Positions 10,057 through 20,041 of a DNA stretch of 64,000 nucleotides are shown one piece after another. Every line of letters starts with the position of its first letter. Positions within the stretch are counted from its first letter, which is position 1. Origin of the DNA: an uncultured Christensenellaceae bacterium (GTDB lineage: Bacteria > Bacillota > Clostridia > Christensenellales > UBA3700); NCBI GenBank assembly GCA_944381365.1, contig CALWKW010000001.1, positions 279,100 to 343,099 on the forward strand, in the 5' to 3' direction. The translations under genes were made by a program, and so were the position numbers. The notes below the pieces were generated by a model. It was given only the letters and a program-made list of their open reading frames with translations, had not been told where the DNA came from and made no database searches.

Positions 10057-10429
10057 GAACTTTGCCCGCAAAGTTTGTCCTAAAATGCAGTATTTTGCAA
10101 TTTTTAAAAAATTATCTCCAAAAATAATTCAATCTATCCTTATTTCTATAAATACGCTAATTACAAATCGACAAAAAGTTTTACTAAAAAATAACCGTTT
10201 TGTACATATTTTTTGTCATAAAATTTCACCCTTTTAAAAAAGTCAAAAAAAGCCTTCGGAAAAACTCCAAAAGCTTTTTAAATTTGCAAAACTTTATAAA
10301 TATAATGTTTTTATAATGATTTATATATTTTACTATAATTATTTTTTTATTTTATCAATATTTATCAAATATATTTTATGATATGAGCTTTTAAAAAATC
10401 GCTCAATGATTTATCATATTAATTTTTAC

Positions 10430-11140
10430 TCAATAAATACTAAGTCCGAAGCTGTCGGGATGAGTGCATACATACTCGTTTGTCGAATAATACTTGGGAA
10501 GAGTGCCTATATCCGACCAAAAACAATTTGTCTTATAGCAGTAAATATCCCCCAGCATCTTGGGAAAAATGTCATAAGAAAAATCGCAATACCCTTTGGG
10601 GATTTCCCTGATTACTTCTTTGTCAAAAGCATATATTCCCATATTGACAAGACCTGAACATTTTTCTTTGGGTTTTTCTTCAAATGACAAAATAAGATTG
10701 TCTTTTGCCCTTACTAGTCCGAATCCTCTGGCATCACTCACTCTTTTTACTGCCATACTTGCTTTTCCGCTGTGCAATCTGTGAAAATTTGCAAAGTCCT
10801 TTAAATCGATATTGGAAAAACCATCGGCAGAAAGCACTAAAAAATCGTCATATATAAAGTCCTTTGCGTTTCTCACTCCTCCTGCCGTACCTAAAGGCGT
10901 GCTTTCTACAAAATACTTTATGTCCGCTCCCCATTTTCTGCCGTCCTGAAAATACTCCATTATCATATCTCCTCTGTATCCTATCGTTACGGCTATTTCT
11001 CTTATGCCCGAGCTGACTATACTCTCCACTATATACTCCATAACCGGTTTGTCTATAATTTTTATCAAAGGTTTTGGAATATAGTTTGTCAAAGGTCGCA
11101 ATCTGCTTCCCTGTCCTCCTGCCATTATTACTGCTTGCAT
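10430..11140 (-). CDS. Sugar-phosphate nucleotidyltransferase (NTP_transferase family)
   Basis: 236 aa with the N-terminal signature MAGGQGSRLRPLTNYIPKPL. Confidence 0.8.
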   Translation of the reverse strand: MQAVIMAGGQGSRLRPLTNYIPKPLIKIIDKPVMEYIVESIVSSGIREIAVTIGYRGDMIMEYFQDGRKWGADIKYFVESTPLGTAGGVRNAKDFIYDDFLVLSADGFSNIDLKDFANFHRLHSGKASMAVKRVSDARGFGLVRAKDNLILSFEEKPKEKCSGLVNMGIYAFDKEVIREIPKGYCDFSYDIFPKMLGDIYCYKTNCFWSDIGTLPKYYSTNEYVCTHPDSFGLSIY

Positions 11141-11267
11141 AACCCCTCCTTTTTGACTATTTTATGGAAAATTAAAGAAATTATGCGTTTTTTTAGGACG
11201 AGTATAAAGATTTGTTGTTTATTTGACGAATTTTGTTGTTATTGTTAAAAATTATACAATAATTTTG

Positions 11268-11296
11268 TTGCTTAAAGCATACCTTAGTGATATAAT
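11268..11296 (+). promoter_or_regulatory. Putative promoter of serC-serA (TTGCTT-17-TATAAT)
   Basis: Hexamers with exact 17-nt spacing, 60 nt upstream of the serC ATG. Confidence 0.45.
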
Positions 11297-11356
11297 ATGT
11301 ATATTATTTTTATTTTAAATTAATTTTGGTCATTGCACCAATATAAGGAGTTAAGA

Positions 11357-12427
11357 ATGAGAGTTTATAATTTTTCGGCAGGTCCTTCAATGCTTCCCAT
11401 CGAGGTCTTGGAAGAAGCTCAAAGAGATTTCCTCGACTACGGCGGTAGCGGAATGAGTGTGTGCGAAATGAGCCACAGAAGCAAATACTACGATGCTATC
11501 AACAACGAATGTATCGCACTTTTTAAGGAATTGATGAATATTCCCGACAATTACAGTGTTATTTTTGTTCAGGGCGGTGGCTCTACTCAGTTTGAAGCAG
11601 TTCCTCTCAACCTTCTCACAGGCAGCGGAAAAGCCGATTATGTCGTGACAGGCAACTTCGCAAAAAAAGCTTATAAAGAAGCTCTCAAGTACGGCGATAT
11701 CGCAGTAGCAGGTTCGTCTGAAGACAAAAACTTCTCTTATATCCCCAAAGATCTTAAAATAAGAGACGATATCGATTATTTGTATATCTGTCAGAACAAC
11801 ACTATTTTCGGTACAAGATATTCTAAGCTTCCCGAGACAAAAGCAAATATCGTAGCTGATATTTCCTCAAACATTCTCAGTGAAAAAATCGATGTAAGCA
11901 AGTACGGCGTACTCTTTGCAGGTGCTCAGAAGAATATCGCTCCCGCAGGCGTCACTATCGTAATCGTAAGAAACGACCTCGTTGGCGATGGTATGAAAAT
12001 CTGCCCTACAATGCTCAAATGGAAGACTCAGGTCGACAACAACAGCTTGTACAACACTCCTCCTTGCTTCCCTATTTATATGGCTATGCTTACTCTCCGT
12101 CATCTCAAAAAACTCGGCGGCGTAGAAGCTATGCAAAAAATCAATGAGTACAAGTCTTCGCTTCTCTATGATTTTATCGACAATTCTTCTTTCTACACAA
12201 ACAATGTGGCAAAAGAAGACCGTTCGTTTATGAATGTACCTTTTGTGACACCCAATCCCGACCTCGATGCCAAATTCATAAAAGAAGCAGGCAACAACGG
12301 TCTCGTTTCTATCAAGGGACACAGACTCGTAGGCGGTATGCGTGCATCTATCTACAACGCTATGCCCGTAGAAGGCGTAAAGAAGCTTATCGAATTCATG
12401 AAGAAATTCGAACTCGAAAACAAATAA
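11357..12427 (+). CDS. serC: Phosphoserine aminotransferase
   Basis: Starts MRVYNFSAGPSMLP, typical of SerC. AAGGAG lies 6 nt upstream of the ATG at 11357, so the longer ORF from 11333 was rejected. Confidence 0.93.
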   Translation: MRVYNFSAGPSMLPIEVLEEAQRDFLDYGGSGMSVCEMSHRSKYYDAINNECIALFKELMNIPDNYSVIFVQGGGSTQFEAVPLNLLTGSGKADYVVTGNFAKKAYKEALKYGDIAVAGSSEDKNFSYIPKDLKIRDDIDYLYICQNNTIFGTRYSKLPETKANIVADISSNILSEKIDVSKYGVLFAGAQKNIAPAGVTIVIVRNDLVGDGMKICPTMLKWKTQVDNNSLYNTPPCFPIYMAMLTLRHLKKLGGVEAMQKINEYKSSLLYDFIDNSSFYTNNVAKEDRSFMNVPFVTPNPDLDAKFIKEAGNNGLVSIKGHRLVGGMRASIYNAMPVEGVKKLIEFMKKFELENK

Positions 12428-12464
12428 TCACATAAGATATACAGAATATAAAAACGGAGTTATT

Positions 12465-13595
12465 ATGAAAGAAATTCTGAAACTTAACGAAATCAGCAGC
12501 AAAGTAAACGATATTCTTACGGCAGACAAATATACCGTATCCACAGATTGCAAAAACCCCGAAGCTATCATTTTGAGAAGCTTCTCTATGCACGAATACG
12601 ATATGCCCCAAAGCGTAATCGCAGTCGCAAGAGCCGGAGCCGGTGTAAACAATATTCCTCTTGACAAAATGACAGAAAAAGGAGTATGCGTATTCAATAC
12701 TCCCGGTGCCAACGCAAACGCAGTAAAAGAACTCGTTTTGTTTGCTCTTTTGCTCGCTTCGAGAAGATTGTATGAAGGCATTTGCTGGACTCAGCATCTC
12801 GAGAAAAACGGCGAAGTAAACAAGCAGGTAGAAAAAGGCAAAAAAGCTTTTGTAGGTCAGGAAATTTACGGCAAGACTTTGGGTATCATAGGACTCGGTG
12901 CTATCGGCAAACTCGTAGCAAACGCAGTACTCGCACTCGGTATGAAAGTTATTGCTTATGACCCTTTTGTAAAGTCAACCGACCTCAACATCGAGCTTAC
13001 CGAAGATATCAACGAAGTATATAAAAACAGCGACTACATCACTCTTCATGTACCCGCTACTCCCGAAACAAAAAATTCAATCAACAAAGACACTATCGCT
13101 ATGATGAAAGACGGAGTAAATATTATCAACCTTGCCCGTGCAGAACTTGTCAACAACAGCGATATCAAAGAAGCTTTGGCAAGCAAGAAAGTCGGCAAAT
13201 ATGTCACTGACTTGCCCTGTGATGAAATCTTGGGTGTAGAAAACCTTATTACTATCCCCCACTTGGGTGCATCCACAGGCGAAGCTGAAGATAATTGTGC
13301 TGTAATGGCTGCCAACCAACTCAAAGATTATCTCGAAAACGGCAATATCGTCAACAGCGTCAACTTCCCTAAGCTTCAGGCTGCAAGAAGCGGCAAGTGC
13401 CGTATTACGGTAGTTTCCAACGATTTGGACAATGCCGTATCTCAAGTAAGCGTACTTGTCAACAAGAATCTTAAAGCTATCACAAGTGCTACTCGTGGAA
13501 ATATCTGCTATATAATCGCAGACCTCGAGGAAGAAATAGACAATGCTACTCTTGAGAGCATCAAAGCTATTTCCGTAAAAGTAAGAGTGCTTTAA
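12465..13595 (+). CDS. serA: D-3-phosphoglycerate dehydrogenase
   Basis: 376 aa 2-hydroxyacid dehydrogenase with NAD loop GIIGLGAIG and an ACT-like C-terminus. It is adjacent to serC. Confidence 0.85.
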   Translation: MKEILKLNEISSKVNDILTADKYTVSTDCKNPEAIILRSFSMHEYDMPQSVIAVARAGAGVNNIPLDKMTEKGVCVFNTPGANANAVKELVLFALLLASRRLYEGICWTQHLEKNGEVNKQVEKGKKAFVGQEIYGKTLGIIGLGAIGKLVANAVLALGMKVIAYDPFVKSTDLNIELTEDINEVYKNSDYITLHVPATPETKNSINKDTIAMMKDGVNIINLARAELVNNSDIKEALASKKVGKYVTDLPCDEILGVENLITIPHLGASTGEAEDNCAVMAANQLKDYLENGNIVNSVNFPKLQAARSGKCRITVVSNDLDNAVSQVSVLVNKNLKAITSATRGNICYIIADLEEEIDNATLESIKAISVKVRVL

Positions 13596-13614
13596 TTATA
13601 AAAATCAAAAATAA

Positions 13615-13645
13615 AAATACCGCTTTAAAAAGCGGTATTTTTTTT
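13615..13645 (+). terminator. Intrinsic terminator of serC-serA
   Basis: AAATACCGCT-ttaaaa-AGCGGTATTT followed by TTTTT. Confidence 0.85.
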
Positions 13646-13693
13646 GGATTTATTTAGTTTTTAGATATTTATAAGACATTTGAGATAAAGATA

Positions 13694-14485
13694 TTATTTG
13701 TCTTCTTGCTTTTTATCATCTTCTTTCAATACTTCATAATCGGGATTTATCTCTTCGTCATTATCCTTATCATAATCTTCGTTGTCCAAAGATTGCATTT
13801 TCTTTTTAAAATCGATGATCAGATAAATTCCCATATTAAGAGCAATCAAAAAGCTTAATGCAAAAGGTATAAGACACATTGCCAAAGCAAATCCCTGAGC
13901 CTTAAAAGTAATCGCCCCTATCAATGCCAGAATAAGACATATTCCCACAATCGAGAGCATTGATGATACTACTTTTGTTATAGTAATCTTTTTGACAAAA
14001 AATCTTATCATAACAGCCAAAATATAAGCAATATACAATGTCGGGATAATATAATGAACCATATATGACAAGTCCTGTCCTATCTTGCTTGCTTTTGAAA
14101 TCACTAAAGCATAAAAAATGATTATGATACTGAATATCATCAAAAAAAGTCGAACAGATTTGTCAGAAAATCTTTTTTCTCTTGCCAAAAAAATGAGCCT
14201 TGCTCCCAAAAACACAGCTGCCATTATTATGACTACAAAACAGCTCCAGCAAAAATCACTCACAAACAAATCGATTATACTGAGTATAATCGACAAATTG
14301 AGAAGTATCGCAAGCGACACTATCCAAGGATTGTGCTTTTTTGTATTCTCGTTGACGAATTTTCCTAGGTCATTGTCCACATAGGCTCTGACTCTTTCGT
14401 CATCTTCTTTATATCTGTATCCGCAATGAGGACAGACGCTTTTGTCATCGTCAAACCATTCATTGCAGTTTGGACAAAGTTTCAT
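13694..14485 (-). CDS. Zinc-ribbon membrane protein (hypothetical)
   Basis: N-terminal CPNC...CPHC zinc ribbon, about 6 TM segments, and an acidic DE/K-rich tail. Confidence 0.6.
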   Translation of the reverse strand: MKLCPNCNEWFDDDKSVCPHCGYRYKEDDERVRAYVDNDLGKFVNENTKKHNPWIVSLAILLNLSIILSIIDLFVSDFCWSCFVVIIMAAVFLGARLIFLAREKRFSDKSVRLFLMIFSIIIIFYALVISKASKIGQDLSYMVHYIIPTLYIAYILAVMIRFFVKKITITKVVSSMLSIVGICLILALIGAITFKAQGFALAMCLIPFALSFLIALNMGIYLIIDFKKKMQSLDNEDYDKDNDEEINPDYEVLKEDDKKQEDK

Positions 14486-14583
14486 AATCTCCTGTTTGTA
14501 GATGAAATACTATTCGATTTCGTATTTTGACGCATTTTAAGACAAATGCTTTTTATTATTATAAAAGATAAAATATAATGCGA

Positions 14584-17070
14584 CTATTTTTGAAGTTTGT
14601 CATGAATATCTTTTTTGGTCTGTCTTACTCTTTCTCTTATCGTCTTTGTAGCTTTACGATAATTCTCTCTTATATAAAGCTTGATAGCTTTCGCCTCTTT
14701 TTTGCCTTTTGGAGTAAGGTCTGCCACTCTTCCCGTAAACAATATCATGACGCTCGGCAATACGAAGAATACGAGTATTCCGCTTATTATACTGCCTCTT
14801 GCGATAAGCATCGTAATTTCCTGCACGATAAGATTTGAGGATACGAAGTACACCGAAAGACAGCATCCTGCCATTATCGCCACTGAAGTGATTACTGACA
14901 AGGCACACTCATTCAAAGACCTGTATGCCGCCTCTCTTGCAGACATTTCCTCGGCATATTTTTTGTATTTTACCGCAAACAATATCGCATAGTCGACCGT
15001 AGCTCCGAGCTGAATGGACGATATAATTATATATCCGATAAAGTTGAGCGTAGCTCCCATAATCACACTCAAAGCAAGATTGACGAATATACCGAATTCT
15101 ATTACAAGTATTATCAAGAAGGATATCTTGAAGGATTTCATCGTAAACAACAATATCACTAATATTATGGCTACAGATACCAAAGTTATTACCAAAAAGT
15201 CAGTGGGAGTAATTTCCTTCAAATCCAATGACGCCTGACTCATACCTGTAATATAATAGCTTTCGCCTTCAAAATTCTTCTCAAGCGACTTGTAAATATT
15301 TTGCATGGTATTGACGGTTTCTTCACTCTCGGCATCGCCTTTTACCATTATAAAATACAATCCGTGATTGTCGCCTACAATGTTTTTAAGAGCTTTTGCT
15401 TCGTCCGGCAGATTGTCGGCAATCAATTTTTCGCTCATAAAACTGCAAAGAAGCTCTGCCAAAGAATAATTTTCCTCGGGTATTATAGAATACAAGCCGA
15501 GTATTCCCATAATATTCTGATTTTCGTCTTTTCTGATTTCTTCGATAAAGTTGAGATTTTTGTCTCTTAAAGTGTTGTTTTTTATGTTTTCTGCTTGCTT
15601 ATCGGCATCTTTATAAGATACAGGCAAAGCCACTATAATAGAGTTTGACATAGAATCGACTATGGTCTCTATCTGTGTGGGATTTTCCTTTTCTTGACTG
15701 AAGTCTACATAACTGAGTTTTACAAATGACTGAAGAATGATTGCAGGTATTATGAGCACAAACATTAATGTGGCAAAAATTCTTCTTCTCTTGATAGAAA
15801 AACTTGCAGTCTTGTTCATCTTGGGGAAAAATACGGCATGCGTGGTCTTTTCCTGCAATTTTCTTGTCATAATCACAAGACAAGGCAAAAGCAAAATTAT
15901 CGTGACAAGCGACAAAAATACTCCCTTTGCAAGTACCAAGCCCAAATCTTTGCCTATGCCGAATCTCATAAAGAGCAAGGCTATAAATCCGCCTACGGTA
16001 GTAAGCGATGAAGCGGTAATAGTAGAAAATGTCTTGGGTATTGCCCTACGCATTGCTTGTTCGTCACTAAGTGTATATTGTTTTTCTTCCTTGAACGAAT
16101 GAATAAGGAAGATGGCATAGTCCATAGAAAGACCTATCTGAAGTATTGACGATGCCGCAAAAGTAATGATAGATACCGAAGGGAAAATAATGTTTGTACC
16201 CATATTGAGTATTACCGCAACACCCAAAGTGAGCATCAAAATAAAAGGCTCGATAATGTTGTCGGTGGTGAGCATAAGGATAATAAACATTACCAAAACC
16301 GCAACAATGACATATTTCCATACTTCATTGATTGTGGATTCGTACAAATCGTATATTATCTTTGTACTACCGCCGAGTGCACTGTCATATCCGTCAAATA
16401 CCTTGTCTATCTTCTCTAAGGCTTCCATTGCGTCATTTGACGAAGAAGGTACTCCGAGCTGTATAATCACTATATAATTTGAAGGCAAATCTTTTTCTAT
16501 CGACTCTTTGATAGAAGCTTTATTTTCGGGGAAAAAGAGGTTTTGCACATCTTTTTGCTCGAGCATTCCCTCTACCATACCCGACAAATCCACCTCTCTT
16601 ATACATTGATATACTTTGCCTTCGCTGTCAGTCTTGTTTCTATCGAGAGAATAGCCGTATTTGTTGAGCATCTTCTCTAACATATTTTTTATCAAAGCAT
16701 TGCCTGTGTACTTGTCAAGCATGGCATTAAAATCAAAATTCTTCATCTCATAAAGGCTTCCGAGCCACATTACGCCGCCCTCATTTACGCCTTTTACTGC
16801 CTGAACTTCTTTGACTTTTTCTGTCATCTCGCTGTATTTTATACCGCTAACGCCTACAATGGCATCTCCGTCCATGCCATAAGTAGACTTGACATAATTA
16901 AGTCCTTTTGAAGTATTCATATCGTCAGGCAAATAGGAAAATACATCAGAATTGACATTTACAAAAGCGAGTGCAACAATCGATAGTACCGCCAAAACCG
17001 CTACTATACAAACAATTATAAGTTTGTGCTTGATAATAAACTGAGAAATTTTGTCTGTAAAATTTTTCAT
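14584..17070 (-). CDS. MMPL/RND-superfamily membrane transporter
   Basis: 828 aa with two repeats of a large extracytoplasmic loop plus a 5-6 TM bundle, typical of the MMPL/YdfJ-like architecture. Confidence 0.8.
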   Translation of the reverse strand: MKNFTDKISQFIIKHKLIIVCIVAVLAVLSIVALAFVNVNSDVFSYLPDDMNTSKGLNYVKSTYGMDGDAIVGVSGIKYSEMTEKVKEVQAVKGVNEGGVMWLGSLYEMKNFDFNAMLDKYTGNALIKNMLEKMLNKYGYSLDRNKTDSEGKVYQCIREVDLSGMVEGMLEQKDVQNLFFPENKASIKESIEKDLPSNYIVIIQLGVPSSSNDAMEALEKIDKVFDGYDSALGGSTKIIYDLYESTINEVWKYVIVAVLVMFIILMLTTDNIIEPFILMLTLGVAVILNMGTNIIFPSVSIITFAASSILQIGLSMDYAIFLIHSFKEEKQYTLSDEQAMRRAIPKTFSTITASSLTTVGGFIALLFMRFGIGKDLGLVLAKGVFLSLVTIILLLPCLVIMTRKLQEKTTHAVFFPKMNKTASFSIKRRRIFATLMFVLIIPAIILQSFVKLSYVDFSQEKENPTQIETIVDSMSNSIIVALPVSYKDADKQAENIKNNTLRDKNLNFIEEIRKDENQNIMGILGLYSIIPEENYSLAELLCSFMSEKLIADNLPDEAKALKNIVGDNHGLYFIMVKGDAESEETVNTMQNIYKSLEKNFEGESYYITGMSQASLDLKEITPTDFLVITLVSVAIILVILLFTMKSFKISFLIILVIEFGIFVNLALSVIMGATLNFIGYIIISSIQLGATVDYAILFAVKYKKYAEEMSAREAAYRSLNECALSVITSVAIMAGCCLSVYFVSSNLIVQEITMLIARGSIISGILVFFVLPSVMILFTGRVADLTPKGKKEAKAIKLYIRENYRKATKTIRERVRQTKKDIHDKLQK

Positions 17071-17271
17071 GATTACACTCTTAAGCTTTTTTTATATTTA
17101 TATAATATAACAATTATAAAAAAATGTAAATACCTATCTAGGCTTTATAAAATTTTATTACCTAAATTATAGATATAACATATAGATATTTTTAAAAACT
17201 ATGTCATTTATCTTGACAATTCAATTATTATATAAAGATTTTTTTGTTTTGTATCTTTATGTCTTGATATC

Positions 17272-17308
17272 AATAAAAAAGGGCTTGCCCCAATAGGCAA
17301 ACCCTTTT
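17272..17308 (-). terminator. Intrinsic terminator of pckG
   Basis: Minus strand reads AAAGGGTTTGCC-tattgg-GGCAAGCCCTTT followed by a T-run. Confidence 0.8.
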
Positions 17309-17332
17309 GATTTTTATAAAGTAGCTGTGAAA

Positions 17333-19141
17333 TTATTTTTCAAGTCTAGCTTTGAGTTCGTCAGCTTGATTAGCAAGTTCTTTAGGCAACTTGTCGCCGA
17401 AAGACTTGTAGAATTCCTTAACGCCGTCAGCTTCTACCTTCCAAGCTTCCTTGTCAACAGCCAAGATACCCTTCAATGTATCCTTTGTAAAGCCTTCAAT
17501 ACCATCGATATTGATATCGTCAGCATTAGGAACATAACCGATAGGTGTCTCAACAGCATCAACTTCACCGGCAATTCTCTTGAGCATCCAATCAAGCACA
17601 CGCATATTGTCGCCAAATCCGGGCCAAATGAAATCGCCGTTTTCGTCTACTCTGAACCAGTTTACATTGAAGAACTTAGGTTGTTTGTCTACATCGACAG
17701 ACTTGCCCATGTCGAGCCAGTGCTGGAAGTAGTCACCCATGTGATATCCGCAGAAAGGACGCATAGCCATAGGATCTCTACGAACTACGCCGACTTGACC
17801 GGTAGCAGCAGCAGTAGTTTCGCTACCCATGATAGAACCGATGAATACACCGTGTTCCCAGCTTCTAGCCTGATATACCAAAGGTACTGTGGAAGGACGA
17901 CGACCACCGAAGATAAATGCACTGATGGGCACACCGTTTCCGTTTTCGAATTCAGGTGAAATGCAAGGACAGTTGATAGCAGGAGCTGTAAATCTGGAGT
18001 TGGGATGAGCTGCCTTAACGGGCTTGCCGTCAGCATCAACAGTATCGGGTGTCCAAGGCTTGCCTGTCCAATCGATAAGATGAGCGGGCTTTTGCTTGTT
18101 GGGATCATCCTTTTCAAGAGCTTCCCACCATACTTCCTTTGTCTCGGGATTGTATGCCACATTTGTGAAGATAGTATTCTTTCTTGTGGACATAAGAGCA
18201 TTGTAGTTGGAGTGTGAGTTTGTACCGGGAGCTACGCCGAAGAAACCATTTTCAGGGTTGATAGCGTAAAGTCTGCCATCGGGACCTTTCTTGATCCAAG
18301 AAATATCGTCACCTACTGTGTATACCTTATAGCCGTTCTTTCTATAACCCTCAGGAGGAATAAGCATAGCAAGGTTTGTCTTTCCGCATGCAGAAGGGAA
18401 TGCAGCACACATATAAACGATTTCCTTGTTGGGCTTTTCAATTCCCAAAATGAGCATGTGTTCTGCCATCCACATTTCGTTCTTACCTTGGTAAGAAGCA
18501 ATTCTCAAAGCAAAGCACTTCTTGCCGAGCAATACATTGCCGCCGTAACCGCTGTTTACAGAGATAATTGCGTTGTCCTCAGGGAATTGGCAAATATATC
18601 TCTCTTCGGGATCGATTTGACACTTAGCATGTGTACCTCTTACGAAGTCATTGCTGTCGCCAAGAGCCTCGAGCACATTATTGCCGACTCTGGTCATAAT
18701 TCTCATATTCAATACAACATAGATGGAATCTGTGAGCTCGATACCGATCTTGGAGATAGGACCACCGACAGGACCCATTGAGAAAGGTATAACATACATT
18801 GTACGACCCTTATAAGCACCATCGAGAATGCTCTCGAGCTTTGCATAAGCTTGCTTAGGTTCCCACCAGTTGTTTGTAGGACCGCAATCTTCTTCCTTAC
18901 GGGAGCAAATAAATGTTCTTCCCTCAACACGAGCTACGTCGTTGGGATTGGTACGGTGCAACAAACATCCGGGAAGTGTCTTTTGATTGAGCTCGATCAT
19001 CTCGCCTGTGGAGAGAGCTTCTTTAGTCAAAGCGTCATATTGCTCTTTTTCGCCTGTAATCCAAACTACTTTGTCAGGCTTGCAAAGTTCAACTCTGCTT
19101 TGTACAAATTCCAATACTTTCTTGTTTGTAGTATTTGCCAT
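17333..19141 (-). CDS. pckG: Phosphoenolpyruvate carboxykinase (GTP)
   Basis: About 602 aa GTP-type PEPCK (FPSACGKTN kinase-1a motif). Start set at the ATG at 19141 (AAGGAG upstream) rather than 19165. Confidence 0.92.
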   Translation of the reverse strand: MANTTNKKVLEFVQSRVELCKPDKVVWITGEKEQYDALTKEALSTGEMIELNQKTLPGCLLHRTNPNDVARVEGRTFICSRKEEDCGPTNNWWEPKQAYAKLESILDGAYKGRTMYVIPFSMGPVGGPISKIGIELTDSIYVVLNMRIMTRVGNNVLEALGDSNDFVRGTHAKCQIDPEERYICQFPEDNAIISVNSGYGGNVLLGKKCFALRIASYQGKNEMWMAEHMLILGIEKPNKEIVYMCAAFPSACGKTNLAMLIPPEGYRKNGYKVYTVGDDISWIKKGPDGRLYAINPENGFFGVAPGTNSHSNYNALMSTRKNTIFTNVAYNPETKEVWWEALEKDDPNKQKPAHLIDWTGKPWTPDTVDADGKPVKAAHPNSRFTAPAINCPCISPEFENGNGVPISAFIFGGRRPSTVPLVYQARSWEHGVFIGSIMGSETTAAATGQVGVVRRDPMAMRPFCGYHMGDYFQHWLDMGKSVDVDKQPKFFNVNWFRVDENGDFIWPGFGDNMRVLDWMLKRIAGEVDAVETPIGYVPNADDINIDGIEGFTKDTLKGILAVDKEAWKVEADGVKEFYKSFGDKLPKELANQADELKARLEK

Positions 19142-19352
19142 AGTAAAACTCCTTTTGAATTTCAATATTTATTTTTTCCTATATATTATACCAAAGGTTT
19201 GGTCTAAATGCAAACAATATTTTAATATTTTGAGTATAAATATTTAAATAAAATTATTGTATATTTATTTTATTTTATCCTTATATAAGGATAATAAACT
19301 TATTTACAAACAAAAATAATATCGTATTGACAAAAATTTTACCCATAAAAAC

Positions 19353-19380
19353 AAAAAAAGCGAGGTTTTTCTTCTCGCTT
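19353..19380 (-). terminator. Intrinsic terminator after the J-domain gene
   Basis: Minus strand reads AAGCGAG-aagaaaaac-CTCGCTT followed by TTTTTTT. Confidence 0.7.
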
Positions 19381-19441
19381 TTCTAACTTTTATCTCAAAG
19401 TCTTATTGTCTCTGTCTTTGATGATTTATGACAAATATCTT

Positions 19442-20041
19442 TTAAATACAGAACCAGCAAATTGCATTACAGCAAAGCATTGTCGCACAATAACTGCAAA
19501 GTCCGCCGTCTACCATGCTTCCGCCGGCTTCTCTGGGTGCCTGATATCCGCCTCTTGCCTGTCTTTGTGCTTTTATCTCATCATTGACATTGGATTGTTT
19601 TTTGTTGAGAGCTTCCAAAGTGGAAAGATATTTTTGATTGTCGGGATCGTGAGCCAAAGCCATATCCACTTGATTTTTGCTTTCCAAAAACCAATTTCTT
19701 TTATAGAAAATATGTGCCTGCGTAAAATGCCATTCGCCGTCTCTGGGCTCGGTATTGTCAAGAAGCTGTTGGGCCTCGTTGAGCTTTCCTTCCTTTATGA
19801 GTCTTTGAATTGCGTCATACACCGTGCCGTCTCCCAAAAACTCACGCTTTTTGATATCTTCTACACAATCATTGTAAGCAATTCTTATCTTGGACAGCAT
19901 TTTTGCGGCAGTACTACCCGCCTCGCCCTCTTCAAAGCATTGCTTTTGATATTTTTCTTTTAAAGTATTGTAGGCCTTTTCGACTTCCTGCATTGTGGCA
20001 TTGTCTTTAAGTCCCAATATTAAATACGAGCTTTCTTGCAT
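19442..20041 (-). CDS. J-domain-like protein with TPR-like middle region and C-terminal cysteine string
   Basis: The N-terminus YLILGLKDNATMQEVEKAYNTLKEKY is J-domain-like. The C-terminus GGLCSYCATMLCCNAICWFCI has 6 Cys in 20 residues. Confidence 0.7.
   Translation of the reverse strand: MQESSYLILGLKDNATMQEVEKAYNTLKEKYQKQCFEEGEAGSTAAKMLSKIRIAYNDCVEDIKKREFLGDGTVYDAIQRLIKEGKLNEAQQLLDNTEPRDGEWHFTQAHIFYKRNWFLESKNQVDMALAHDPDNQKYLSTLEALNKKQSNVNDEIKAQRQARGGYQAPREAGGSMVDGGLCSYCATMLCCNAICWFCI

Noticed and set aside
10059-10076. The hairpin AACTTTG-cccg-CAAAGTT next to the rnj promoter, considered as a terminator.
   Set aside because: No T-run follows it on either strand. It lies upstream of the candidate -35 and about 350 nt from the nearest upstream gene end, so it is more likely incidental or a protein-binding site.
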